From assembly GCA_035221665.1 (NCBI GenBank), contig CM069151.1:32736001-32800000 (forward strand): a stretch of DNA of 64,000 nt, in the 5' to 3' direction. Source of the DNA: Okamejei kenojei. Lineage: Eukaryota. Below, piece by piece: positions 12,346 to 26,132 of the stretch; within the stretch, counting starts at the first letter, position 1; each line of letters starts with the position of its first letter. Both the position numbers and the translations under genes were made by a program. Under the pieces are notes generated by a model that was given only the letters and a program-made list of their open reading frames with translations, was not told where the DNA came from and ran no database searches.

Positions 12346-13424
12346 ATGTGTCAAACCTTTGGCTTGACACGTGATAATCCATCCTGGAATCCTGTTTGCT
12401 GCCACATACTCTCCTATACGTGCTCTTAACTAATGAGTCTCCTTTCACTATAGCCCTCTCTTGACTTCATCCTACTCCAGTGTCTCAGAGCCAGGCCTGG
12501 TGCCACCAACCTAACTGTTGCTCTCCTCTGAACTGTCATCCCCCATCAATAGTATCCAAAAGGATATACTTGTTTGGAGGAACATGGCAACAGGGAATTC
12601 TTGCACTCTTTGCCATGCAGGAGGAGCATACTAATGGTCTAACTCCCAATTCTACTGCACTAAGATCAAGGAAGAGCAAGAAGATAACAGACATTATCTT
12701 ATTTTGTCATCTGATTAGTTTTGTGGCTGAAGTCTCATGAGCAAAATCTTCAGCGCTTACCCTCAAACATACCACTTGCACTTCCACACACAAAAGCAGA
12801 CTTGCTGTTTCTTTAATTGCCGCTAGCAGCTAAATAAATATCGGGAGATTTGATTACAAGATTATGACTGCCTTAGCATAGAGGAAAAAAAAAATCCCAA
12901 CGGCAAACGTTCCAAAGATATAGGATGCTTAGGTTTAAAGGAGGAAAGAGAGAATAGTTTTTAAAGACAATAGTTATGATCTGAATAATTTTGCAGGTAG
13001 ATTGTGCTGATAAGAACTGGTTAAATGCTCTCCTTCTGTGTTTTAACAATTGTATGATTCAGTGAATTACTACCATTGTACCCTTTATATTTGGAAAAAT
13101 TAAAAGAGCTGTATAGAAAATGTATTCATAAAACCCCATCAGCAAGAGGAGTGTAAAAACTGATACAAATATTCTTTTAACTCAAGTGCCAATCATTGTC
13201 ATTTAGTGTATCGCGTGCATAAAATCATAGTGATACATATTAAGACCTCCAGCACTCAGTAATGTCGACTCTCTTCAATACAGCATTATTAACTTCCCTG
13301 AGTTCCCTAGCATTCATGGCAAATTGAGTTTAATTCTGATAAATGTGATAAATCAGGACCGGCCTTAATGAGCAAGTGGTAGGGCCCCAGGAAGTGTTGT
13401 AGGACAGAGACCGAGCAGGGCGGG

Positions 13425-14210
13425 TCCACAGTTCTGTGAAAGTGGCCACATGTGTTGACCTTCATTGGTCAGGGTATTAAGTACAAGAATTAGGACATCA
13501 TGTTATAACTGTACAAGATGTTATTAAGGCCACAATTGAATACTGTTTATAGTTCTGATTGCCTTGCTATAGGAAATTTGTCACTAAGCTTGGAAGGGTG
13601 CTGAAAATATGAGGAAACAAGGAACTACAGATGATGGTTTACACAAAAGGACACAAAGTGCTTGAGTAACTAATCAAGTCAAGCAGCATCTCGTGAGAAG
13701 ATGGATAGGGTGCTGACCCGAAACATCACCCATCTATATTCTCCAGATTGCCGCTTGACCCACTGAGTTACCCCAGGACTTTGTATCCTAAGGATTCTGA
13801 AAAGGTTCAAGGGTCAGGAGGATTTCAATTTTAAGGAGAAACTGGATCAGCTGGGGTTGTTTTCCTTCGAGAGTAGGAAGCTAAGGGGTGACCTTACAGA
13901 GGTGTATAAAATCATCAAAGGCACAGATGGCTAAATATTCTCAGTTTTTTCCCCCAGTCAAAAACTAGTAAACATAGATTTAAGGTGGGAGAGAAAAGAT
14001 TGAAAAGAGAACCATTTTTCACATGGAGGCTGGTGCGTGCACAGAACGAGCTGCCAGATGATGTGGTACACATGGGTACAAGAGATGTTTGGACAGGTAC
14101 ATTGTTAGGAAACATCTGGAGGAATTGTGCGACTAGCTTGCTAGCCACTTAGTTACAAATGGACGAGATGGACTAAAGGCCTGCTTCCATGCTGTACAGC
14201 TCTATTACTC
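13425..14210 (+). mobile_element. Degenerate CR1 3' fragment interrupted by a fold-back Penelope-derived element (about 13612-13790)
   Basis: CR1 RT C-terminal remnants on both sides; internal inverted arms. Confidence 0.65.
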
Positions 14211-14774
14211 AGATTCTTAATATGGAAACTGAAAAGATCCTTGGGGTCAGGAGAAGAATAAATCAGTACATTGGAGTTTCATTTCTGGGACAAGCGTGAA
14301 TGACTTAAAATAAATAAAAAGATGATAATATTGTCTTTAAAAAAAGAATGAACATTGGCAATCTTTGCATGGTTCTTGGTTTTTATAGGTCCTTTTAATA
14401 ACTCTTTAAGATTGTTGTGGGAAATGGAAACATTTACAATGACACAAAAAAAGATTATGATCAGTATTGTTGAAATAAGATAGAGGAATCTCCACTGCAA
14501 TACTCTGGCTTTGCACATGACACATTAATACCCACCACAATATTGTGTTTGACACATCTTCTGCATTTTCAGATGGAAAGAGATGTACAGATGAGGCCCA
14601 TAAAATAAAAGCTCTGATTTCTGTGAAGTATTAATATCAGAGAATGTGATTCTGTAAATTATTGGTGAACATTAATAGCTTCACCAGCAGAAATTAACTA
14701 CGATTCGGAGTCCAGTGAATTCTGTCAACTCTGATATTATTGAATTAATTTGGAGTTATTTAAATGTCACATAC

Positions 14775-14870
14775 TCCTTTTCTCCAAAGATGCTGTCCGA
14801 CCCACTGAGCTACTCCAGCTTTTTGTGTATATCTTCGGTTTAAACCAGCATCTGCAGTTCCTGCCTACAC
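14775..14870 (+). mobile_element. Penelope-derived pLTR single arm
   Basis: ctccaaagatgctg...gtttaaaccagcatctgcagttcctgcctacac. Confidence 0.7.
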
Positions 14871-15829
14871 ATCAACCAACCATGTCTTGTAGTGGCGCAT
14901 TACAGAATGGTTAACAGTTCTGAGACAATTTCCCCAGAAATGCTTAGAATAATAAATGCAAAGTGCTTTGTTGCAGAACGCCTTTATGAAAGCTTGAGGA
15001 GAATTTAATGGAAGGCAGGCTTGTAATATGTAAAAACTGGAACTGTTCAAGCTCAGAGAACACTCAATTTGCTGTGAGTCTTTGTCAATGATCATTGTTA
15101 TTCCAAACATGAAAATGTGATGTCTGGCACAATTCGATGCCTAGTAGCTTTTAAATTATCATCCACTTGCAGGGCCTCCGAAACTTGTCATGCAATTTAG
15201 ATTTCCAGCTTTTTTTGCTTTGCTTTCCACTCAATCCATTTATACACCACACACTGTGTGAAAAAAAATGCCCCTTGGTTCCTATCCCATCTCACCTTAA
15301 AATACCACCTGATTCATCATTCCCCCACTCTCAGTAAAAGACTGTATTCACCCCATTTATCCCAGGAATTATTTTACACACCTCTGTAAGTTCACTCCTC
15401 AGCCTCCTGCGCTCCACGGAATAGCTGTGCTCAACCTTTCCTTCTAGCAGAGATATGTCCCAGAGGACATAGGTTTAAGGTGAAGGGGAAAATATTTAAT
15501 AGGAATCTGAGGGGTAACTTTTTCCACACAAAGGTGGGTGTATGGAACAAGTTGCCATGCTGGGTCCTGTCATTGTTGAAGATGGGAATATTTGTGGAAC
15601 CATCTCCTTTCGTTCAATATCTAGATGCTTTTAGGAGTCGAAAGTTTTGATCTCAGCTATTAGTTATAAGATTGTTTAGCTCTGTCTAGTGAAACTGTTT
15701 TTTGTTTAGCACCTAAGTGGTCCTGTATTAAGGAATTTAAGAGTCGACCATTTGGTATGATTCTGGAGTCGCATATCTGCCAAACTGGCATTTGTAATTT
15801 TGTGACATTCTGGTAATTTTATGGTCATA

Positions 15830-16060
15830 AAGGGAGCACTGAATACAGTGGACGAGGTTAGAGGAGGTGCACATCAACCTATCTCACCTGGAAGAACTGC
15901 TGAGGTCCCTGGATGGATGTGTGGGAGGATGTAAAGAGATAGGTGCTACATCTACGGTTTCAGGGAAACATAGTTGTGGAAGGTGTCGTTTGGGCAGGAA
16001 GGGATGAATGAACTAAGAAGTTAGAGGAAGTAGAAATGTGTGGGGATGGGGATGGTGGTT
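15830..16060 (-). mobile_element. Penelope-like element remnant
   Basis: Resembles 27128-27443 and 61260-61420 (gaggaggtgcac...ctcacctggaag). Confidence 0.6.
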
Positions 16061-16877
16061 TTCTCTGATAAACTACAATTTATTTTCATTTATTACAAAT
16101 ATTATATCGTCAAGTTATTTTGCTGAGATTACCACAGCTTGTTGGCTACTTTGGCTAACAGCCATTTGACAAAGTCAAGCTGCAAATCTTTATCATTTTT
16201 TCTACACTTTATCACTTATGGATTTTGCGTCATTCTCTGTCTATTTCCGGATTCTGTTCAACGAATTAGTGCAATATTAAAGGATATTAAATATTAAGAC
16301 ACTGATTTGAAATAAAATCGTTACCATTGGTCCATGTCAACAACGGAAAATCGTATGTTTTTACCAGCAGAAACAATTATTTTGTTTTATGACATATTTA
16401 GATTCTTGAATTCAATAACTGCTTAAATATGAATGTTTTATTCATTTACGTTTACTGTGAAGGTTACAAAAATTCTCACGTTGTCATTTTGAAATGTATA
16501 AGGCTGTGCCCCCTTATGGCAATTAGCAAAAACTGCATGTCAATTGAATACATTTTGGTTTAAAAAAAAGCATGATTTTTGATTGAAGAAGTTTTTTGTC
16601 CTTGAGATGTCCCAAAACATTTCATATCTAATTAGGTACATGTAAATGTTAATTAGTTTAGTAGTATCTGCTGAGATAGCAGCCAAAGCAACATCCAGCA
16701 TCTATTTGAAATAGATGCCGAGACATTTCTGGTCTGATGGTATTTGAGGAATAAAGATCTCTGGCTCATGGTCAGAGTCATGAATGGCAAGCGTTGTTAA
16801 TGTACTGACAACCACAAAATTCAGGCCCAAATTGCTGCTTGTAAGTAATTGACATTTAATATCTTATTGTTTTGCAG

Positions 16878-16894
16878 ATGATGGAAATGCGTAA
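16878..16894 (+). CDS. LHFPL3: LHFPL3 C-terminal micro-exon (DDGNA*)
   Basis: ttgttttgcag| acceptor in the correct phase; (G)AT GAT GGA AAT GCG TAA; donors GTAAGG (16899) and GTATGT (16904) follow; DDGNA ending recalled for LHFPL3 isoforms. Confidence 0.7.
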
Positions 16895-17649
16895 GAAAGT
16901 AAGGTATGTATTTTGTAATTATAGGTTTTGCAGGTTTTGTTTTATCCATATAAGATTTGCTTTCAGTCTGCATTCCTGGTTGACCATGAATACATTCATT
17001 GCAAATGCAAAGACCTACTTACAAGTCCAACATTTTCGGCACAATAATTAATTTCTATCATCAAACCTATGTAGGTTTATTTGTACCATAAGTTAATAAA
17101 CAAAAATATGTAGGGGTTCTCTGTATGACACTTGGGTTTGGCTTTTTCCTGACAAACAATTTAGATTACAAGGATTTAACAAACATTTTAAGTAAACAGT
17201 CCCCCAGAATTATACAATTATAGACGATTGCAGATGTTTTAAATGTGATATAAAACAGAAAATGCTGGAAATATTCAGCTGGTCATCTCGATTCCATTTC
17301 TCCCTACACAGTTATCACTTCGGTAAATCACCATTGTTAAGTATTAGTCCCATTACAAGAAATATAACAGAGGCAGGGGCCTGGAATTGTTAACGCCCAC
17401 TTGATGATCGAAGAGCAGTAGGGTCCGGAGACAAAACTTGATGCGGTTCAAGATCCTCTCTTTAATGCAGACAAGATCTTTGCCATTTAAAAAAAAAGGT
17501 TTGAACATCTGACAAGATCAGCATTTTTTTGCCTATCCATAAATTGTCCTCGAGAGGGTGGCAAGACATCTCTGTAGTTCTCTAATGCAGACATCCTCGC
17601 ATTCCTACTGGATAAAACATTGCATCGTTTTGGAATTATATAGTGTTGT

Positions 17650-17834
17650 GACAGGCAGCATCTCTGGAGAGAAGGAATGGGTGACGTTTCAGGTCGAGAC
17701 TTTGTCAGACTGAAGGGTCTCGACCCGAAACGTCACCCTTTCCTTCTCTCCAGAGATGATGCCTTGCTCCGCTGCATTACTCCAGCATTGTGTCTACCTT
17801 CGATTTAAACCAGCATCTGCAGTTCTTCCTACAC
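17650..17834. mobile_element. Fold-back Penelope-derived element
   Basis: Inverted arms around the tcagactga centre. Confidence 0.8.
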
Positions 17835-17864
17835 ATAGGAACATTGTGATATACTTCAAACTAA

Positions 17865-18051
17865 AGGGCCTGTCCCACTTTGGCGCCATTTGCACGCCAC
17901 GCAAATCCTGGGGCACCGCACCCGTCCGCACGTCGCTGCCTACGCCACGTCTCACCACGCGCGCATAATGCACGCGTCAATAATGTCACGTTGTGCGTCA
18001 CGTCACGTAACGTAAATGACGCACAAATAATGCCCAAGTGGGACAGGTCCT
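17865..18051. mobile_element. PIF/Harbinger-type MITE
   Basis: 16-bp TIRs AGGGCCTGTCCCACTT / AAGTGGGACAGGTCCT (one mismatch); 3-bp TSD TAA at 17862-64 and 18052-54; CpG-rich interior. Confidence 0.85.
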
Positions 18052-18597
18052 TAAGTCTGCTACATAAGAGTGTTCTGGTACATTTGCCACGTTTGTTCTT
18101 CTTGATGGTAGCATTTGTAGCTTTGGGAGAGGCTATTAGGGTAGCCTTTCAAGTACCCACAGTGCATTTTGTAGATGGTATACACTGCACGAGTTGCTGG
18201 TGCAGCAAGTTAATGTTTTGGGTTAGGTTATCAAAAAGATTGCTTTGCACTGTATGGGGACAAGGTTCTTCAGTGTTGTTATTACCTGCACTCAAGGCAA
18301 ATAATACTTCATATTGGTGTGCCTTGTGAATAGTGGTAACGTATTATGAGTGCTCAAAGACTCAATTGCCAAAGTGCCCAACGTATGAGCAGCTACATTA
18401 CTTGTGGCATATTAGTAACATTTCTGGCTCATGCTGGCCTGAAGGCTGTTAATTGGCAATGTCAATGTGATTGAATATTACAAATCTATGGCTATTTTTC
18501 TGCATGCAGATAGAAACTAGATTTGAGTTGAATGAAATCTCATATTGTAGAATCATCAGTATCCCCATTTTCATCCTTACAGGTGGTCATTGATGAA

Positions 18598-18704
18598 ACG
18601 TGTAGGAAGGAACAGCAGATGCTGGTTTAGACCCAAAACATCACCCATTCCTTCTCTCCAGAGATGCTGTCTGTCCCACTGAGTTACTACAGCATTTTGT
18701 GCCT
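18598..18704. mobile_element. Fold-back Penelope-derived element with 12-bp TSD
   Basis: Flanked by GTCATTGATGAA at 18586-18597 and 18705-18716. Confidence 0.85.
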
Positions 18705-18876
18705 GTCATTGATGAAGTAAATGAAGTTAGGTATACAAAGGCTGCCCAAGGAATCCCTGCTGTGAATTCTTGAAGCTGTGATGATTTCCTTCAGCAAGCA
18801 TAAACTGTTCTCCTTTGTGCAAGTAATAATCCAACCATTGGAGCTTTTTTAAAAGGACTGCAAGAAAATTTGGAAT

Positions 18877-19092
18877 GTAGACAGAAAATGCTGGAGTAAC
18901 TCAGAGGGACAAGTCACATTTCTGGAGAGAAGAAATGGGTGATGTTTTGGGTCAAGACCCTACTTCCGACAATATTGGTCCCAAAACATCACCCATTCTT
19001 TCTCTCCAGAGATGCTGCTTGTCCTGCTGAGTTACTCCTGCATTTTGTGTTTACCTTCGATTTAAACCAGCATCTGCAGTTCTTTCCTACAT
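18877..19092. mobile_element. Fold-back Penelope-derived element
   Basis: Inverted arms aaaatgctggagtaactcag... / ...ctgagttactcctgcattttg. Confidence 0.8.
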
Positions 19093-19259
19093 TACAAATT
19101 GGCAATATTTACCAGGTCAGGCAATGTCTGGGTAAAGAGAAACTTTATTTGCTCAGATCAATGCCTTGGACATAATCAGACAGATCATTTGCTGAAATGT
19201 CAACACAAAACATTAATTTTTTTTGCACAAATACTGCCCAATCATTTACAGCTATTTTA

Positions 19260-19345
19260 GTGGTAACAGTGGTGCAGCAGTAGAGTCGATGCACTCATAG
19301 CATCAGAGACTCGGGTTTCATACTTACTCGTAGCACTGTGCTCAC
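19260..19345 (+). mobile_element. tRNA-derived SINE head (HE1-like), degenerate
   Basis: A-box-like agtggtgcagcagtagag and a degenerate B-box. Confidence 0.55.
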
Positions 19346-21805
19346 CTTTGATTAATAACTGGCTGGTGACAATTAACTGGATGGGATTTCTTCAGAGGAT
19401 GTTTATGAACAATTTTCCATCTTGTTAGAAACATCAGGTTGAAACCGTGTTGAAGAAAATTGGCAGGAACTACAACAGATTCCAGAGCACAACTCTTCAA
19501 TACTCAATACTACAGCTGGAAAGTTAGAGTGCAAAAGCATTTGCTGTATTTGGTATTCTCAGCTATTTCTTGATATAATTAAGTGAATCAAATTGGTGGG
19601 AATCATGAGAAAACATTCATTCGGCTCTTACAGCCGAAACGGGTTTAAATGTTTCAGCCTTGTGTACAGCACACACATGCTGGACCACATGAGGATGCCA
19701 CAGTCTCCTCTTATGGTGTTCAACCCTATACCACCTTCCTAAATAGATGTGAACATACTGTAGTTTTGATCTGATGCATCAGTTGTGGATTGCTTACCTG
19801 TGTTACAGTTCAGCACATCTTTTTCAGATGGGTATGGTGAGAGAAGTACCAGCATTTACTCCCCAGTTTTGTTGCTGCTGTTGGACTAGTGTCTAAGGGA
19901 TGCTCAGTTGAGACATAACAAGTGTTCCAAGTCAGTCCTACAATTTGGTGGCTATACACAATGGGGAGCGAGTCCTTGGCTTGAACTCAGGACTCTATCT
20001 CCATGTGACTGCCGCAAGCACTTCTACAAGTGCTTGCATGGATAAATGTAAATGCAGCAAGTGGACCAATTGAGAAGGATAAGGTTAACTAGTCATTACC
20101 CTGGCACAATTGGTATGACTTCACCATGGTCAAACCACTTAATAGAAACCAATAACCCCTTTCTGGAGTATATTCTACACCCTATTACTTTCTACTATTT
20201 CCAACTCTTAACATAGCAAAGTACTCAGTTGCAGGAGGATTGGAGATAATAATCATGTTCAACTACTACAAAGACTACTACAAATAGGCCAATTAGGCTG
20301 AAAGCAATAGTGGCTAGATTGATAATTCTAGTTTTATCAGAAAGCCAAAAAGGAAATGCTATTTCATTATTTTTCATAAAAGTTATTTGCATAATCAAGC
20401 AACATTAGTACAGAGAGAAATAAGTCCTTGACCAGAAACATTGACTGTCAGAACCAAAAAATAGAAAATAGGCTGGACATTAAGATATTGCTTTTTGTGG
20501 GGCCTTGTTACTTGCAAATAGACTGCTCCCTTCTTGCATTATATCACTGACTAATACTTAGTTCATGAACTACAAAGCAGTTTGGAACATTTGAGGTTGT
20601 GATATTATCAGTGGCAGTCTTTTCCCTGCCTGCACTTAATGAACACAGCAGTACTGCAAAATGGTTGATCTTTTCATTGTAGATACAAATATTTACACAT
20701 GTAAATGTTTGAAATTCAACCAGCTTTTGTTCAGCCTTAAGAGTAAAATTCATATAAAAGTCTTTAATGTTTAATATTTTGAATGCAACATTTTATTTTA
20801 AAATATACATGTACATTTATGGCCAGATAACGATTAATGGGTGGAGAGCTCCCTTTAAAATTATGGTTGTTCTATTATAACATGATAGGTGCACAAGAAA
20901 TTCCACGTTATAGAAAATACACGTCATAATAGGGGGTAGAGTATTTCAGACTTGCAACACAATTTGTTTAAAGTTCTTTTGGCACTACTAGCTAAATAAG
21001 GTATGTTACAATGTTCAATATCCACCCACTGTTAAAGTAGAAGCTGTATTCTTAAGAGGCGATGGTGTTTGATTACTGCAAGGTTACATGGAAACAAGTT
21101 TCTCCCCAACTTTTGTTGGTCAAGTTCCAAAGTTATTTAACTAATTGTGTACCTGGTATTTACAATAAGCTTTTCACAGTACCCCAATTCTAACAGCAAG
21201 CTTTTACATCAAATGTCATATCCACACTTCCCACCCCATAAAGTCTGCACAAATTCAATTGCAAATGAAACACTACATTTAAAAAAAAATAGTACCCCTT
21301 CAGATCCAGGTAGTCAGACATTTGACTGCCAAGGTATGTCCACAGTATTAATGTTTATATTAGAATAGAAAAGCAACAAGATGAAACCCATGATCTACAG
21401 AAAGATTAATATAGGACACAGTAAAGAATAGATTCCAGGCTGACAGTTGAATGAGCACGATTTTGCACATTATAGTACAATTCATCTTCCTACTGGTAGC
21501 TCAACTGGGATAAGGTGAGAAAGCTCAAATTTGAAAACTAAAAGCCCTTCTTAGAATGCAACACCTTAACAAGATCTAGTTTCTGATGAACTGTTAAATT
21601 ACTTTTGTAAACCAAAAACTGAAAATATGAGAAAACAAAATCCTGATGTCAAGAATTGTAATTACTTAAATGTATTTTAATCCCCAAGCCAATTATACAA
21701 TTATTACCAAACTTTTGTAACTTGCATGATGAAATGCAACATGTACTTAAACTTCTTGTTGATACATAATGATCTATATTTTATTTTCTGTGCCAACTAC
21801 TTCAG

Positions 21806-22800
21806 GCAATTAAAGATAACTGCTAATTCTATCCACACCAAATAAAAAAAGGAAGCTCTACTGAAGATCTCAACTATTCCTGCAAACCGACAAAATATGG
21901 AGTAAATTGTTACAAGTTCAAGACACAAATTGTGGATTTGCAAGTGTGCCATCAACTTGAGTGCCACAAGAGATCATATTTACTTTGTTTTGCATTAAGA
22001 GTCTAGATTTTGCAGAGAAAGTTCCTTCCAGAAGAGAATGCATACCTACCTCCTGAGGTTAATTCTCTAAGATGAACAGTTGAGCTGTGCTGTGAATATT
22101 TTGTACATGCACAGCAACAAATTCAACAGGCGAAAGTTTGAAATCTAGGTTTGTTCTCCTTTCCAGTGATTGGATTTTGTATTGTTACAATTGTCAATAT
22201 TTTATGTTGTCTTTATGTAAGCAACCCTATGGCTTCTAATATCACAAAGGGAATGTATTTCACATCACATGTCAGTATGTTATACAACAGTTGCATATCC
22301 TGGTTTGTCACAGTATTTATGTAACCATACTGAACTCTAATATTGGTCTCTGGTGATTTGTCTTATTGATTTTTGCTTTTAAATATACCAACTTAGAGAT
22401 CAGCCTACCTCAATGTATTGTGAAAATGTGTATTACTAGACTTGTGACGTCTTTGGACAAATATTGCAGCTTACTCAACTGATAAAAGATTAGTGACTGT
22501 TCAAGCTATAAAGGGCAAATGTATTACAGAAGTTAAACATTTGTGGTTTTATTACAATACATGTCTGCAATAATCACCTTAATTTTCCAGAATTAAACTG
22601 ATCTTAATGTAGCAGCCATATTTGCACCTCTAAAAACGTTATCTAATTAATCAAAATGCTACAGTCAATAGTCAATTTAAAGGCAAAGTGCATATCAGAC
22701 TAGCAACACTTCAAGAGATGTTGTTATAGTAGATGGAGGAGTCATGGTAGACACTAAAATTTGTGTTTCTAGTGGTTTATTGGGGATTAGCACCAATAAA
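21806..22800 (+). other. LHFPL3: Probable LHFPL3 terminal (3'UTR) exon
   Basis: Pyrimidine-rich acceptor ...ctacttcag| at 21805; repeat-free AU-rich sequence; ATTAAA 22592 and AATAAA 22795; 3' end uncertain. Confidence 0.4.
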
Positions 22801-24544
22801 TTGATCTACAGGCATCCACGTGATAGTATGCAGGAACAAATATGTATAAGACATTTTGTTGATGAAGATTGTTCAGCAATTCAAAATACCATAATGTGCA
22901 AACTTAAATGACATTTGGAACAGATGAATCTGTCAATGTTTGTTGCATAACATTTGGGCTGATTTTAAGCTTAAATTAGTTTGTGTATGTGCCATTTACC
23001 TGTATGCCTTTACAGTGGCAGCTATAAAAATTGCTCTTTCGTCCTTGTAGTATGGCGTGTCAAGTTACTTGTGTTGCAGAGATCTTAGTGGCATCAAAAC
23101 CCAAACTTACGCTTAATATTTTACTGTTGTTTCATATCATATACCCACTTTAATAATGCGGGGCACCTTTGGATCTTCGTCCAAGGACAAAACATTAAAA
23201 ATTTGAAGCATAAATATTGTATCCAGATTTAGTAGTCTTAACTCTTTTCCCAGCAAGTATTGACAAACATCTTCAGTTGGGGAAAAGTAATTAAATAATT
23301 TGTAACCAGCCATGGATTTTACCATGATCTAAAAAAAGTTTAAAATGGCAATCAACAGCGTTTTAGAATCATTTACAGAACTGCCTTCATGTAATCTACC
23401 ACTAGCAACAGTTTTCTCATCAACCAAATACCTGTTTCACATCCAATTTCTCATTGCAACTGCCTGAAATCCAAAAAGGTTTGAGCCATGAACAGTGATA
23501 AATATTGAAAATTATGTTTCTTCCAAAAGCTGCGTGGTTAAATTTCAAATCATTCTTTGAAAAACAAATTTCCAGATTGCAACACAGACCTGCAATTCTG
23601 GAAATACAAATAATTTTATGTTCATATTATTATTCTGGAGGTCATGTGACAATTCGTAATTTAACTAGGGGAGAGTACTGGACCATGTTGCATTAATCTA
23701 CTCCAAATATCACTTACATAATTAGATTTAAAAGTGCATTAAAATATATATATTTTTAAAAACAAGATTTCAAAGTTGTGTACATTCCTTGTCCTCGTCC
23801 CAAATTAAGAAATATCTACTGCTAACATCTAGTGTTGCGGACTGCAATGTTCTTTGCTCAATGCAACTTTTCATGTTTTGTTGAAAGTAATGCTGTGGAT
23901 TAAATTGTGGCGTATTACTTCCTAAATGGTTGGTATTTTTTAGTGCGGGGAGAAGCAAGCAATTGTACACTAACTTTCTCTTAGCCATTTCCCAGTAACT
24001 CCCTGGTCTCAAATAAATGGAATATAGTTTCCTCCTAAAGCCTTCAATTATAATTGTATTCAGAATCTCTACACTGGGTGGAGAAAAAGCAGGGAACAAG
24101 CCTGTCATTCAGTCCAATTTTCAGAATACATGTAACTGTACATGTTGCAATCGTACACCAATTTCACTTGGATTGTGAATTCAGGACAAGAGATTCTTTT
24201 AAATGTCTTTTCCCCTCAAGTTTTTTAAAATTAATATAAAAGGTCCTCACTATATCCAGTTGTCAAGCATCTAAACACTAGTAATCTAAAAGCTCTTTCA
24301 GAATTTACATTTAAAGAAAAAACATCAGGTGTGTTAAACCTGGCAATTACAGGTTTTACCTGTAATCTACTGTTACTGCATTAAATTAAATTAATCTATT
24401 ACAAAAATAGACTGGAAAACCTCAGTCCAGGCATTTATGGAAAAAGAAACAGTACAGGTTCAGGTCAAAAACCCTTCCCCAGTTCAAAGAACCAGCAAGC
24501 AATACAAAGATAGTGGAGGGATAAATAGGTAGGTCAAAGAACAC

Positions 24545-25385
24545 CGATTCCCTACTCTGGGTAAAAGACAATGCCTTCATCTGATCCATTCCCCTCAAGA
24601 TCTTATACACCTCTCCATCACCTCCCTGCATTCCAAGGTTGTTGCCTGCCCAACCTCCCCCTATAACTCAAGACCTCAAGTCCTAGCAACAGCCACATAC
24701 ATAACCTTCTCTGCACTCTTTCCAGCTTAACATCTTTCCTATTGCAAGCTGACCAAAACTGAACACACTACTCTCCAACATCTTGTACAATAGTAACATC
24801 CCATCTTCTATACTCCAATACCCTGACTGATAAAGGACAATGTACCAAAAGCCTTCCTGACCACCTATTCTACCCGTAACACCAATTTCAAGAAACACTA
24901 ATCACGTTCCTTGATCATTCTGCTCTATAACACTCCCCTAGGGGCATTCACTGGGTAGGTCATGCCCTAGCTGGACTAACCAAAACATAACACTTATCTA
25001 CATTAATTCTTTATTAATCATTTCTTGGCTCACTTGTCCAACTGATCAAGATCATGCTGTAATTTGATAACCATCTTTGCTAGCTAAGATACCACTAACA
25101 TTTGCAAACTTGCTAATTATCTCTTCTACATTCCTATCCAAATAATTGTTATAAACTACAAACAATTGGCCCAGCATCGATCCCAGAGGCACATCACAAG
25201 TCAAAAGCGCCCAGTCTAATAAAATCCCTTCAGCTTTCACTCACGGCTACTTTCCATGAAACCATGTTGCTAGTTCTCCATGGATGCCATGCAATCTAAT
25301 GTTCCAGAGCAGCCTAACTTGCAGAAACATATCAAATGCCTTGCTGAAGTCTATATTGAGGGCTTTCCCCTCGTCAACCCAAAGC
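24545..25385 (-). mobile_element. Degenerate CR1/HER1 LINE RT fragment
   Basis: Minus-strand VPLGSMLGQLF...IISKFAN and LYKML...motifs. Confidence 0.75.
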
Positions 25386-26132
25386 AAGCTCGTAAAGTCA
25401 AATGACTTCTGCAGTATTTTTGTATTTGTTGGATATCCTGAAATAGTCTTGCTTTAGAGACCGATGCTGAGCATGATGCCCAGTTAGAAAGAATTACCAT
25501 ACCACAATTCACCCCACACCAGTTCTGCCATTTGTCTTAATGCCAAATATGCTTTTCAATGAATGAATTCCCAAATAGCATGGTAGCTCACATGCATTTG
25601 TGTATATTTTTACGTGCAGGTCCAAAGAACAGGGATTGTGAACTGTGTTTAATATACAAGAACGCACCATGCTTTAAAAGTAATTAATAACTCAGCTCTT
25701 GGAGAGTAGTATTTGGTTACTTACTGCAATTCTAGATAAAATAAATTATGCCGCATTTCACATCACGAGGAAGTATTTAAACAGTTACATGAAAGCATTT
25801 ACAATGTTTAATCCCAAATAATCCAATTTCACTTAAGGTTCTGTAGTTTTACTGCACAAATCTCTGCAAATTCAGTCAAGTACTGAGAAAACAACACTAT
25901 TTCCTCCTTCAATTCACAGTTTTTCCCAGTAGGGGGCACATATTCTTAAACTGAACGTGATAACCACCGTCTTGGCCATTCATCTTTGCCTAGAATTCCT
26001 TTGGTGATAAGAGTTTCATGCTACAAAAATTTGACAAGAGGCATTTTTGGTAAGGAAAGGGTGTAATTCAATGTTTCTGAGAAAATTCTAAGTTAAGTTA
26101 TAAGAAATAAACAAGTTAAATTTGCTCAACAT

